Part shown: positions 15,063 to 23,288 of the stretch, in pieces
How the letters are laid out: each line of letters opens with the position of its first letter
Position numbering within the stretch: position 1 is the first letter of the stretch
Assembly: GCA_965370895.1 (NCBI GenBank)
Contig: CBDUWJ010000002.1
Location: forward strand, 1-33,570
DNA length: 33,570 nt
DNA from: an uncultured Anaerolineae bacterium
Lineage (GTDB): Bacteria; Chloroflexota; Anaerolineae; JAAYZQ01
Direction of reading: 5' to 3'
Translations under genes and position numbers: made by a program
Notes under the pieces: generated by a model
What the model saw: the letters and a program-made list of their open reading frames with translations, nothing else
Database searches by the model: none
What the model was told of the DNA's origin: nothing

Positions 15063-16469
15063 TCAGGTCTCCTGGCTCACCGTCTTGGTCAGACACACGG
15101 CGACAAAGAGGGCCAAGGCCAATAGGCTCATGGCGATACCCGTCTCGAAGAGGGGCATGGTCCAGGCCTTTTCCTGACCCGGCTGGCGGAACATGAAGAG
15201 ATTTACAAAGACAAAGGACAGCGTTGATCCCACCAGCAGGCCCCAGCCAACGACCTGGCGCACCCAGCCCCGCGCCCCCAGCCGATGGGCGATGAGAAAG
15301 GTGACGATGACGGCCGACAGGGTGGCCAAAATGTGCCAGTGCCCCACCAGGATCGTCCGCTCCACCGCCAGGTAAGCTGGCGAGCGGTACGTCTCCATGT
15401 TCAGGGCGACGTAGACGCCCGGGACGGTGACCACGAAATTCACAAAGATCAATTCGAAAAAGATGCCAAAGCGGATGGGGTCGGCGAACAAAGCTCGCAG
15501 CCTCTGGCCCAGGCTAGCCGGTCCGTTTCCCAGTCGCTCACGAATCAGCCTGGTGAACCCCCAAATGGCCACAAGGATGGCGCCAGGGAGCAAAAAGGCC
15601 GAACCGATGTTGATGACCTTGTGCGCTCCTTCCCAACCGATGACTGACCAGGTGGCAAAGGTCACGACGATGGTGCCCACGATGATAAGGGGAACGGCGA
15701 TCTTGTGCACCCGGCCTTCGACACGGAATGTACGGATGACCAACAGCAGGATCATCACGTCGATTAGCGTCAGCATGATGTGCAAGTGGGCGATGATCAT
15801 CAGTTGGAACAGGGTGTGGGGATCCTGCCGGACTATGTCCTCGGCCAGAAAGGCCACAAGGCCATTGCCGAAAAAAGCCCCTGCCGCCCCGCCGATGGTC
15901 GCCGAGATGAGGGTAAAGACTGCCACCAGGAAAAAGGCCACCGGTTCCAGCGGCACGCCTCCCAGGTATGCGTAGCGGGTAGGGTTAGTAGCCCAGCGCC
16001 GCGAGGGATACAGGGCGATCGCCAGCAGGACGCCGGCGTAAAAAACCAACGATAGGCCGACCAGGTAGACGCCATGGGCGATCCAGTTACGCCCCCCGTA
16101 GGCAAAGGTCATTCCCCCCAGGCTGGTAAGCATGTAGCCAGCGGTGATGGGCACCACGATGGAGCGGCGTACGTCCTTCTCCTTCTCTGGAGGTCCCATG
16201 GGCACCTGGTCGAGGACGAGGTAAACCAGGGCAGCAACAAAGGGAATGGCCAGCGAGTGGTAGAGCATGATGATGCGACCTGCGCGATGAACATCGCTCA
16301 AGTCCACGCTGAGCAGCTCAGCCAAGCCTAGCCCCCGCACCGGCCCGGAGAAAAGCGACAGGCTGCCCACGATTAGGGCATCCCAGGCCACGACCAGGAT
16401 GAGCAGCCCAGGCAGAGAACCAAACAGGCGCTGGATAACACGTTTGACGACGTTGGATGATCGTTGCAT
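15063..16469 (-). CDS. 12-TM histidine-motif membrane protein, possibly a divergent heme-copper oxidase/NOR superfamily subunit I-like protein
   Basis: The protein is 468 aa with about 12 predicted hydrophobic helices, and GAGG lies 6 nt upstream of the ATG. Histidines sit in TM2 (MLYHSLAIPF, H71) and TM6 (IIAHLHIMLTL, H228/H230). Further histidines sit before TM8 (EGAHKVINIG, H283) and in TM10 (VGHWHILATLSAVI, H377/H379). The order, spacing and local sequence resemble COX1 motifs recalled from memory (TAHAFVMIFF, GHPEVY, WAHHMFTVG, AHFHYVLSMGAVF). Confidence 0.55.
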   Translation of the reverse strand: MQRSSNVVKRVIQRLFGSLPGLLILVVAWDALIVGSLSLFSGPVRGLGLAELLSVDLSDVHRAGRIIMLYHSLAIPFVAALVYLVLDQVPMGPPEKEKDVRRSIVVPITAGYMLTSLGGMTFAYGGRNWIAHGVYLVGLSLVFYAGVLLAIALYPSRRWATNPTRYAYLGGVPLEPVAFFLVAVFTLISATIGGAAGAFFGNGLVAFLAEDIVRQDPHTLFQLMIIAHLHIMLTLIDVMILLLVIRTFRVEGRVHKIAVPLIIVGTIVVTFATWSVIGWEGAHKVINIGSAFLLPGAILVAIWGFTRLIRERLGNGPASLGQRLRALFADPIRFGIFFELIFVNFVVTVPGVYVALNMETYRSPAYLAVERTILVGHWHILATLSAVIVTFLIAHRLGARGWVRQVVGWGLLVGSTLSFVFVNLFMFRQPGQEKAWTMPLFETGIAMSLLALALFVAVCLTKTVSQET

Positions 16470-16753
16470 CTTTGCCTCGGTACGCAGTTACAGTAGAGCG
16501 AATCTCGCTTTGCCAGGAACGGCCTAGCCGAGCTGGACTCGGGCCCGGCGACCAAGGGTTGAGCCAAGCGCGCGCTGGCCCAATCCCCTCATAGCTTTCC
16601 CAGGTCCGCCGGGTCTCGCACGTCCACACTCAAGGGGCGCATTATACCCCATGCCGGCTGCCCAGGACAAATGTCAATTGGCCGAGCGCCCGGCCGGTGC
16701 GGTGTTGCCCATCGGGTTTCTGGATGGCAGTGTCTACGGCCTTGTGGGTAACC

Positions 16754-19057
16754 TCACCGGCTGGCCTCGTGCCTCCGCCACAGTACGATGACCATCAGGA
16801 CAAGAAGGATCAGCAGGGTCAGCGCGCTGATCCCAAGGCCGGCATACCAAGACACCGGCTGAAAGGTCATGGTCACCTGGTGCACACCGGCCGGAACCGC
16901 CACGGAGCGGAAGGCGTAATTGGCCCGCAGGATCGGCGCCGGTTTGCCATCCAGTTCGGCCCGCCAGCCGGGGTAGAATGGATCGCTGAGGAACAGGTAG
17001 CCCTCAGCCGGGCTGTCGATCTCTATCTCCAATGCGTCCGGTTCGTAGCGCACAACTTGCACCACGGCTTGTCCCCTGGCCTCGACGTCCAGCGGCCGGC
17101 CACCCTCCAGGACTACCGTGGCGGCGGGGTCGAATCCAGGTTCGTGGATGTGCGCCCAGGCATCCTCGTGATCGGCGGCCACGATCGCCCGGTGAGCCAC
17201 AAAGGCGCGTGGCAGAGACGTCTCGTTGAGGTAGACGTTCACCGCGGGGTCGGCGTCAAAGGCCAGGCTGAACTTGTCCCAATCCAGCGTGACCTCTTTG
17301 CTGCCCAGCACGTAGCGCACCCCCAACAGATCGTAGAGCCGCGTCGAACGCCCACCGGTGCCCTCCCAGTAGCGGGCAACATCGGCAATGACAAGGGGGT
17401 TGTCCACGCCGCTCACATCGTACAGGCCAGCCAGCAAAGCCAGGTCGGGCTGCCAGTCGCCCCACACATCAGTTCGCGAGTCGATGCGGAACATGTCAGG
17501 CTCGCTGTCGAAAAAGTCCACAATCAATGGGTGCTCAAAGCCAGCCGTGGGGGCTTTGTTGCCCAGGTCGGTATAGGCTCCCACCGTTGCCAGATCCAGG
17601 AAGACTAACCCGACCGCCAGCCAGGCCAGCACGCTGCGCCGTGGGTGTCCCGCTCGGCGGGCACTGAGCCAGGCCAGGCTTGCTCCCAATATCAGCAGGG
17701 CAAATATCACTCCACTGCCCGCCGCCGACACCCGCCAGAACACGGTTGGATCGCCGTCCTGCGCCTGGTAGATCACCAGGTAGGCCCACGCTCCGCCGAT
17801 GATGACTGCGGCCCCTCCAAACCAGATCAGCCCGCGCCATACTTTCTGGAAGGCCCCGCGCGTCTGGCGGTCCATCGGCCTGAGTAGATGATCCAGGCCC
17901 ATGGCTGCCAGGCCGGCCAGGGCAAAGTCAAGGAGCAGGACTGCGCGTGCCGGGGCACGCAGTTGCCCGAATCCAGGCAGCAGCCAGTACGCCCAACCGT
18001 GAACCACAGATGACCCGCCCAGAGCCAGCAGAAAGGCGACGACGGCCAGGATGACGAACATGCGGATCCGCCGTCCGCGCCATAACAGGACTGCCAGGGC
18101 GGCCAGGATCAGCGGGAAGATACCCACATAGCCAACCGCTACCCGGTCCCAGACGCCCCAATAGAGGGCAGGCTCTCGGCTGCTGAACAGGGCTGGCACC
18201 AGCATCTCGCCCAGCAGCCCGGGGACCAGGGAATATCGGGCGGCGCTTTCATATGGTAGCGTGGCGCGGGGGCTCAGACGGGCGTACTCCACAGCGGGCA
18301 GCAGCACCAGCGCCGAGAGGCCGATGGCCACGGCAGCGGTGACGGCCAATGCCAGGAACGACCACGCCCAGCCGCGTCGCTCTCTGTGGGCGGCGATGGC
18401 TTCCGCAACCGCGGCCACGGCAAGGGCCAGGCCGATGAACAGCGTGATCTGCAGGTGGCCCTCCAGCGTGGCGAGGCCAAAGGCGACGCCGGCTCCTACG
18501 GCCAGGCCCAGACTCCGGGCCCGCAGCGCCCGCCAGAAGAGTAGAAATACCAGCGGCAGCCAGGCAGCCACACCGATGAGGTTAAGGTTGCCAAAATGGA
18601 CGATGAACATGTCGCAGAACATGTAGGCAATAGCGCCGGTGAGGGCAGCCGGGACCCGCATAGGACGGCCGGGTTCCAGGTAGCGCAGGCAGAGGTACAT
18701 GAATAGCCCAGCCAGAAAGACGTGCAGGACGGCCATCCACACCATCGCCCTGTAGGCAAAATCAGGCGCCAGCAGGAAGAGGAGCAGGTTGGGCGGGTAG
18801 AACAACCCCGTCTGCATGTCGGCCAAAAAGGGCGCACCGCTGTAGAGATGGGGGTTCCACAAAGGCAGATCCCCAGCCCGTAGACTGGCTGCTGCAAAAC
18901 GATAGGTGGGAAAGAGGAAGGAGACCAGATCGCCACCGCCGGCTGGTTTCCACGCGTCTGGGGTGAAGAGGATGCGCCAGAAGAAGCCGAGCGTTACCAG
19001 CAAGAGGACAGCAGGCGCCAAGAGCTCGCGGATGAGGGACTGACGGTTATGGGTCAT
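16754..19057 (-). CDS. YfhO-family polytopic membrane protein (GT-C-type glycosyltransferase)
   Basis: The N-terminal signature is FFWRILFTPDAWKPAGGGDLVSFLFPTYRFAAASLRAGDLPLWNPHLYSGAPFLADMQTGLFYPPNLL. More than 10 TM helices follow. There is a large extracytoplasmic C-terminal domain and a final TM anchor (GISALTLLILLVLMVIVLW). AGGAGAGGAAAG lies upstream of the ATG. Confidence 0.78.
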   Translation of the reverse strand: MTHNRQSLIRELLAPAVLLLVTLGFFWRILFTPDAWKPAGGGDLVSFLFPTYRFAAASLRAGDLPLWNPHLYSGAPFLADMQTGLFYPPNLLLFLLAPDFAYRAMVWMAVLHVFLAGLFMYLCLRYLEPGRPMRVPAALTGAIAYMFCDMFIVHFGNLNLIGVAAWLPLVFLLFWRALRARSLGLAVGAGVAFGLATLEGHLQITLFIGLALAVAAVAEAIAAHRERRGWAWSFLALAVTAAVAIGLSALVLLPAVEYARLSPRATLPYESAARYSLVPGLLGEMLVPALFSSREPALYWGVWDRVAVGYVGIFPLILAALAVLLWRGRRIRMFVILAVVAFLLALGGSSVVHGWAYWLLPGFGQLRAPARAVLLLDFALAGLAAMGLDHLLRPMDRQTRGAFQKVWRGLIWFGGAAVIIGGAWAYLVIYQAQDGDPTVFWRVSAAGSGVIFALLILGASLAWLSARRAGHPRRSVLAWLAVGLVFLDLATVGAYTDLGNKAPTAGFEHPLIVDFFDSEPDMFRIDSRTDVWGDWQPDLALLAGLYDVSGVDNPLVIADVARYWEGTGGRSTRLYDLLGVRYVLGSKEVTLDWDKFSLAFDADPAVNVYLNETSLPRAFVAHRAIVAADHEDAWAHIHEPGFDPAATVVLEGGRPLDVEARGQAVVQVVRYEPDALEIEIDSPAEGYLFLSDPFYPGWRAELDGKPAPILRANYAFRSVAVPAGVHQVTMTFQPVSWYAGLGISALTLLILLVLMVIVLWRRHEASR

Positions 19058-19082
19058 AGCTTTCCTCTCCTACTTCCAACTT

Positions 19083-21230
19083 TTAATCTCCGAGTTCTAT
19101 CGTCCCCAGCAGGATGGCATCGTCGGGCAGGGGATTTCCGGCAGCGTCAGAGGCAGGAAGTCGCGCCAGTGTCGCCAGGAGATACAGGCCGGCCTCGATC
19201 TGATAATTGCCGGGCGGAGCGTCAGCCGGTACGGTGAGCACGTGCACATCAAGGATGACCTGGCCGGGCTGCCATGTGGTAGTTGGGTAGTGGCCGCCGT
19301 CCGGTTGGCCGTCGTGCCCGGCCCAAAGTGGACCATCCATCGACGGGTTGTGCTCGCCGAGCAGGTGCGTAAACACCGTGTAGCTATCGTCCAGCGGAGC
19401 GAGGGCCTGCCAGTGAAGGGTCAGGTTGACGCTGTCCCCCGGCGCGATCCGGTCGGCGTCCAGCGAATAGCCCAGCAGCCGGACAACGCTGCCAAACACG
19501 GCATCGACAGGATGATCGGGCACCGGGGCGGCCGTGCGGCCCTCGGCCGTGGCGGGCAAGTGGTAGGCAGCAGCATAAAGGCGGCCATAATCATCGGTCA
19601 GGGTCCAGATTACCTTGCCATCGGGACGCGTCCGCTGAAGTGCAGGTAGCGTGGCTGCGTCCTCGCGGACAAGTGCAACGACGGTCGCCGCCTGGCCTGG
19701 CGGGGGAAAGACCAGCCCCGCCCGCCCGTCAAAGGTGGCAAGGGGACGGTGGACCAGGAACTGCAAGGTAAAGTGCTCGCCCGTGGTGGGTGTCAGGTAG
19801 ACGTCCTCACCGGTGGGTAAGGTATTGACATAATCTGCGACCTCGGTCAGACCCACGTCGTAGGCATAGAACAGGTCCGGGCTTTGGCTCCAGGTCAGGA
19901 AATAGGCTCGCGCGCTCGAGACTCCGGAAAAGGTCAATCCCACCGCCAGCAAGACGGTGACGCAGACCTGACAGGTTTTCCGGAGCCTTTCAGGTCTCAG
20001 GCTGGTGGCACCCTGCCACAAAGTCCATCCGCCCAGGGCGCCAAGAAGGGCCAGGGCCGGTGTGGCGCCGATGGCCCGGCCAAAGTGGGGTGCATGCTCG
20101 GTGACGAGGGTCGGCAGGATCATTACCCCCAGCCAGATCAGTGGCAACGCTGATCTCGGCCGGCCGCGCAGCGACCCGAGCAACGCCTGCCCAAGGCCGA
20201 CCATAAAGAGGAGGGCCAGAAAGGGGTCCAGAGCTGGACGGCCGGGCAGGTTGCTGCGTGGATTGGCATCACCCTGCAAGAAAAACATCCCCAGCACTCG
20301 GGGAAGGTTGTCCCCCACCGCCTGCCAGGGGCTCGCTGGTGAGCTCGCGCCACCTACCAAGGCCACACTGGCAGGTCGCTGCAGGAAGTTGTCCGGATGG
20401 GTGACAAAAAAGACGACGATGGGCGCGGCGACCAACACGGCTACCACGGTTGTCAGAAGTAGCCCCCGTCCATGGCGGCGGAGGAATCCGCGCTCGACGA
20501 CGGCGGCGTATGCGACGAATAGGACCGCCACGACGGGCACGAAATAGCCGGCTTTGTAGGTGTATGTACTTCCGCCCAAGGCCAGTCCAGCCAGGACGAA
20601 GGCAGGCCAGCCACCGGAATTCAGCCCTCGAGCCAGGGCGGCGAGGCTCAAAGTCGCGAAAAAGGGTACCAGGATCGGTTCCATGCCGATGCGGCTGAAG
20701 CTAAGGTGCCAATACAGTATGGCCAGTATCAGGGCAGTACCGAGGCCCATTATCTGTCCTCGGAGACTCATCTGATCCTCCGCCTTGCTCCTGCGGGGGC
20801 GCCCGTTCGGTGCTTCTGATGGTGTCCTACGCTGGCGTGGGCGGCCCCAGTGGGAGGTTCGAAAGAGTTCGCGACCCAGCCACCAGGCCAGGGGTATCGT
20901 CAGCGTGCCGACAATGGCCGATGGCAATCGCACAATCCACGGCTCCGGTCCCACCAAACCGAGCGCCGCGGCCACCAGGTAGATGCCCAGGGGTTCCTCG
21001 CCCATATCGCTCTCAAAGAAAAGCCGGAGAGGAGCGCCTTCGAGCAGCGCCCGGGCCGTGATGCCTTTGAACCCCTCGTCAAAGTGGAGGCCGGGTGGCA
21101 ATGACGGCAAACGATGAAAGCGGAGGGTGGCAGCGAGCAGGGTGATCAACAGGATAGCCCCCACCTCCAGGGAAGTTTCCCAGGACTTCCAGGGCCTCAC
21201 GGACGTTGGACGTCTATGGCCTTTGCTCAT
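19083..21230 (-). CDS. Glycosyltransferase family 39 (PMT/ArnT-like, GT-C) with a C-terminal beta-rich domain; paralog A
   Basis: The loop-1 motif is LRFHRLPSLPPGLHFDEGFKG, followed by RLPSAIVGTLTIPLAWWLGREL and many TM helices. The C-terminal domain VRLLGYSLDADRIAPGDSVNLTLHWQALAPLDDSYTVFTHLLG...PGNYQIEAGLYLL is shared with the upstream paralog. The start overlaps the stop of the upstream gene (ATGA at 21227-21230). Confidence 0.85.
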   Translation of the reverse strand: MSKGHRRPTSVRPWKSWETSLEVGAILLITLLAATLRFHRLPSLPPGLHFDEGFKGITARALLEGAPLRLFFESDMGEEPLGIYLVAAALGLVGPEPWIVRLPSAIVGTLTIPLAWWLGRELFRTSHWGRPRQRRTPSEAPNGRPRRSKAEDQMSLRGQIMGLGTALILAILYWHLSFSRIGMEPILVPFFATLSLAALARGLNSGGWPAFVLAGLALGGSTYTYKAGYFVPVVAVLFVAYAAVVERGFLRRHGRGLLLTTVVAVLVAAPIVVFFVTHPDNFLQRPASVALVGGASSPASPWQAVGDNLPRVLGMFFLQGDANPRSNLPGRPALDPFLALLFMVGLGQALLGSLRGRPRSALPLIWLGVMILPTLVTEHAPHFGRAIGATPALALLGALGGWTLWQGATSLRPERLRKTCQVCVTVLLAVGLTFSGVSSARAYFLTWSQSPDLFYAYDVGLTEVADYVNTLPTGEDVYLTPTTGEHFTLQFLVHRPLATFDGRAGLVFPPPGQAATVVALVREDAATLPALQRTRPDGKVIWTLTDDYGRLYAAAYHLPATAEGRTAAPVPDHPVDAVFGSVVRLLGYSLDADRIAPGDSVNLTLHWQALAPLDDSYTVFTHLLGEHNPSMDGPLWAGHDGQPDGGHYPTTTWQPGQVILDVHVLTVPADAPPGNYQIEAGLYLLATLARLPASDAAGNPLPDDAILLGTIELGD

Positions 21231-23173
21231 TCGACCACCACCTCGATGGTACCCAGCAATACCCGGTCCCCAAGGGGCTCGCCTGTATCGGGAACACGGA
21301 CTGGCAAGCGCTCAAGGGTGTCCAGCAAGTACATTCCCACTTCGAGGGTGTGGCGTCCAGGCGTGGCGCCGGTGGCAACGGTCAGGGCATAGTTGTCCTG
21401 GATGACCTGGCCGGCGGTCCAGCTATCAGTGGGCAGAGCGCCGCCCTGAGGCTCGCTGTCCATCTGCGCCTGGACCTGCTCGCCGGCGTCCAGTAGGTGG
21501 GTAAAGACGGTGTAGCGTTCGGTGATGGGGGCCAAGGCCTGCCAATAGAGCGTAAGGAGAAGTGTGCCGCCGGGAGCCACCTGGCTGGCGCTCAGGGCAT
21601 AGCCCAGAAGCCGCACCTGACCTCCCAGTTCGGCATGCAGCGGATGCTGAATGGTGTCGCCAGCCGCGGCGGGCGTCATCACGTATAGCGAGAGATCAGA
21701 ATCCACCCAGCCGCCAAAGTAGGCCTTGCTACCGTGAGTCGCCAACCAGCGGGAAAGATAGCCGTCGGGGTCGTATTCCGCCGGATTGCCAAACCGGACG
21801 AGCCACAGGCGGGGGTGCCGGGCGGCGATGTCGGCCAGGTCACGGGCTGTGTTGGGATCCTCCAACGCATACTCGTAGCGTGGGAACAAGTGCGCCTCCA
21901 GCCCCTCCGGCTGGTAGTACTCAAAGATCGGACCCTGGAGTTGGTTGGCCAGGATGAGGCCATCGCCAGGCTGCGCATTGGCCTGAATGTAGGCCATCAT
22001 CTGGCCGTACTGGCCCTTGAGGTTAGCGTCATCGGTATAGTAACTGCACAGCCCGAACCAGCTCCCGGCCAGCAAGGCAACCGCGCCCACGGCGCTCAGA
22101 GGCCGCCACAGGTGACTCCAGGCAGTCACGCCCCAGGCTGCCACGATGTAAAATGCGGGAGCGATGAGAAGCAGGTAGCGGGCATAAAAAAAGGGCATGA
22201 TAGGGTTGACCGCCCAGGCGAGAAGAAGGGGGAGGAAGAGATAGGCCACGACAAGCCATGGCTCTGGCCGGCGGCGGTGGAACGATGCCAACAGACCAGA
22301 GACGACGGCGATCAGGAAAAGGATTGTGATCACCCCAGCAGCGACGGGTGGAACTGCCTGGCCAGCCCCAAAGGCGGCAAAGGTTTCCCGGGCGATATGG
22401 GAGGCGATGGACAACCCCCACTCGTCGAATCGTGTGCTGGCCTTGCCGCCGAGAAACTCGCTCTGGACGGCGATCCAGGGGAGATATGCCAGCACAATGG
22501 CTCCCTGCACGGCCAGCCAGAGGGCCAAAGCGGATCGGGGTCGTAAGGCAGAACGTCGCCTGTGGAACAGAACGGAGATGATGACGAGGTTCTCGGCCAG
22601 GATGACAAAGATGGCATAGTAGTGGGTATAGATAGCGGCGAGAGTCGTGACGAAATAGGCCAGCCATGCTCCGCGAGACCGTGGCTGCTGGAACGCGCGT
22701 ATGGCCCAATAGACCGAAGCAGCGGCCAACAGGGTGACCAGGCCGTACATGCGGGTCTCCTGCGCGTAATAGATCAAGACCGGCGAAGCAGCGACCAAGA
22801 GGGCAGCCAGCATGCCGCCTCCCCAGGCTGCCCCCCGCCTGCGGGGCGGACTGAGGGGGGGAAAAGCGCGATTACCCAGGACGTAGGCGACCGGTACAGT
22901 CAGGGTCCCGATCAGGGCTGAAAGAAAGCGTGTGGCCAGGGGCGACGATCCAGCCAGGCGCAGCCAGAGGTAGAGCAGAAACGGGTAGAGGGGTGGGTGG
23001 GTGTCGGCCCCACCGGCGACGACCTGGGGCAGGGGTTGGCTGCTGAGCCAGATACTGAACGCCTCATCGCCCCAGATGTCCTGACGATCGATGGCGTAGC
23101 ACCGCAGACCAAAGGCCAACAGGACAATGAACAACACACCAAGATGGAACCGCCGAGCGAGCGCCCCAGTCAT
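21227..23173 (-). CDS. Glycosyltransferase family 39 (PMT/ArnT-like, GT-C) with a C-terminal beta-rich domain; paralog B
   Basis: The N-terminal signature is LRCYAIDRQDIWGDEAFSIWLS...DTHPPLYPFLLYLWLRLAGSSPLATRFLSALIGTLTVPVAY (DE motif plus hPPLY...R). The C-terminal domain is VRLLGYALSASQVAPGGTLLLTLYWQALAPITERYTVFTHLL...PGRHTLEVGMYLL. Confidence 0.85.
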   Translation of the reverse strand: MTGALARRFHLGVLFIVLLAFGLRCYAIDRQDIWGDEAFSIWLSSQPLPQVVAGGADTHPPLYPFLLYLWLRLAGSSPLATRFLSALIGTLTVPVAYVLGNRAFPPLSPPRRRGAAWGGGMLAALLVAASPVLIYYAQETRMYGLVTLLAAASVYWAIRAFQQPRSRGAWLAYFVTTLAAIYTHYYAIFVILAENLVIISVLFHRRRSALRPRSALALWLAVQGAIVLAYLPWIAVQSEFLGGKASTRFDEWGLSIASHIARETFAAFGAGQAVPPVAAGVITILFLIAVVSGLLASFHRRRPEPWLVVAYLFLPLLLAWAVNPIMPFFYARYLLLIAPAFYIVAAWGVTAWSHLWRPLSAVGAVALLAGSWFGLCSYYTDDANLKGQYGQMMAYIQANAQPGDGLILANQLQGPIFEYYQPEGLEAHLFPRYEYALEDPNTARDLADIAARHPRLWLVRFGNPAEYDPDGYLSRWLATHGSKAYFGGWVDSDLSLYVMTPAAAGDTIQHPLHAELGGQVRLLGYALSASQVAPGGTLLLTLYWQALAPITERYTVFTHLLDAGEQVQAQMDSEPQGGALPTDSWTAGQVIQDNYALTVATGATPGRHTLEVGMYLLDTLERLPVRVPDTGEPLGDRVLLGTIEVVVE

Positions 23174-23179
23174 GGCAGC

Positions 23180-23208
23180 AGTCTAGCATAACCCCAGTGT
23201 TTTGGCAA
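23180..23208 (-). promoter_or_regulatory. Candidate promoter for the GT39-GT39-YfhO operon, possibly producing a leaderless mRNA
   Basis: The reverse strand reads TTGCCA (23208-23203), then 17 nt, then TAGACT (23185-23180), with an extended -10 TGC. The A of the ATG at 23173 is the 7th nt after the -10 hexamer. No Shine-Dalgarno sequence is present upstream. Confidence 0.35.
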
Positions 23209-23221
23209 CCTCTTCCTAGCG

Positions 23222-23268
23222 CGCCAACAGAACAGTCCCTGCTCCGGCCGCGGCCGGAGCAGGGACTG
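23222..23268 (-). terminator. Perfect 36-nt palindrome acting as a Rho-independent terminator after the GH/proline-rich bicistron
   Basis: CAGTCCCTGCTCCGGCCG/CGGCCGGAGCAGGGACTG (23233-23268) has 18-nt perfectly complementary arms. On the minus strand it is followed by TTCTGTT. It starts 21 nt after the TAG at 23289-23291. Confidence 0.65.
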
Positions 23269-23288
23269 CCAGGTCCCAATGTGGCCCG

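Noticed and set aside
16641-16677. A perfect TTGACA and a perfect TATAAT on the minus strand upstream of the 12-TM gene.
   Set aside because: The hexamers are 25 nt apart, too far for a canonical sigma-70 promoter. The hexamer 17 nt upstream of the TATAAT (TGTCCT) is poor, so the promoter for this gene is left unassigned.
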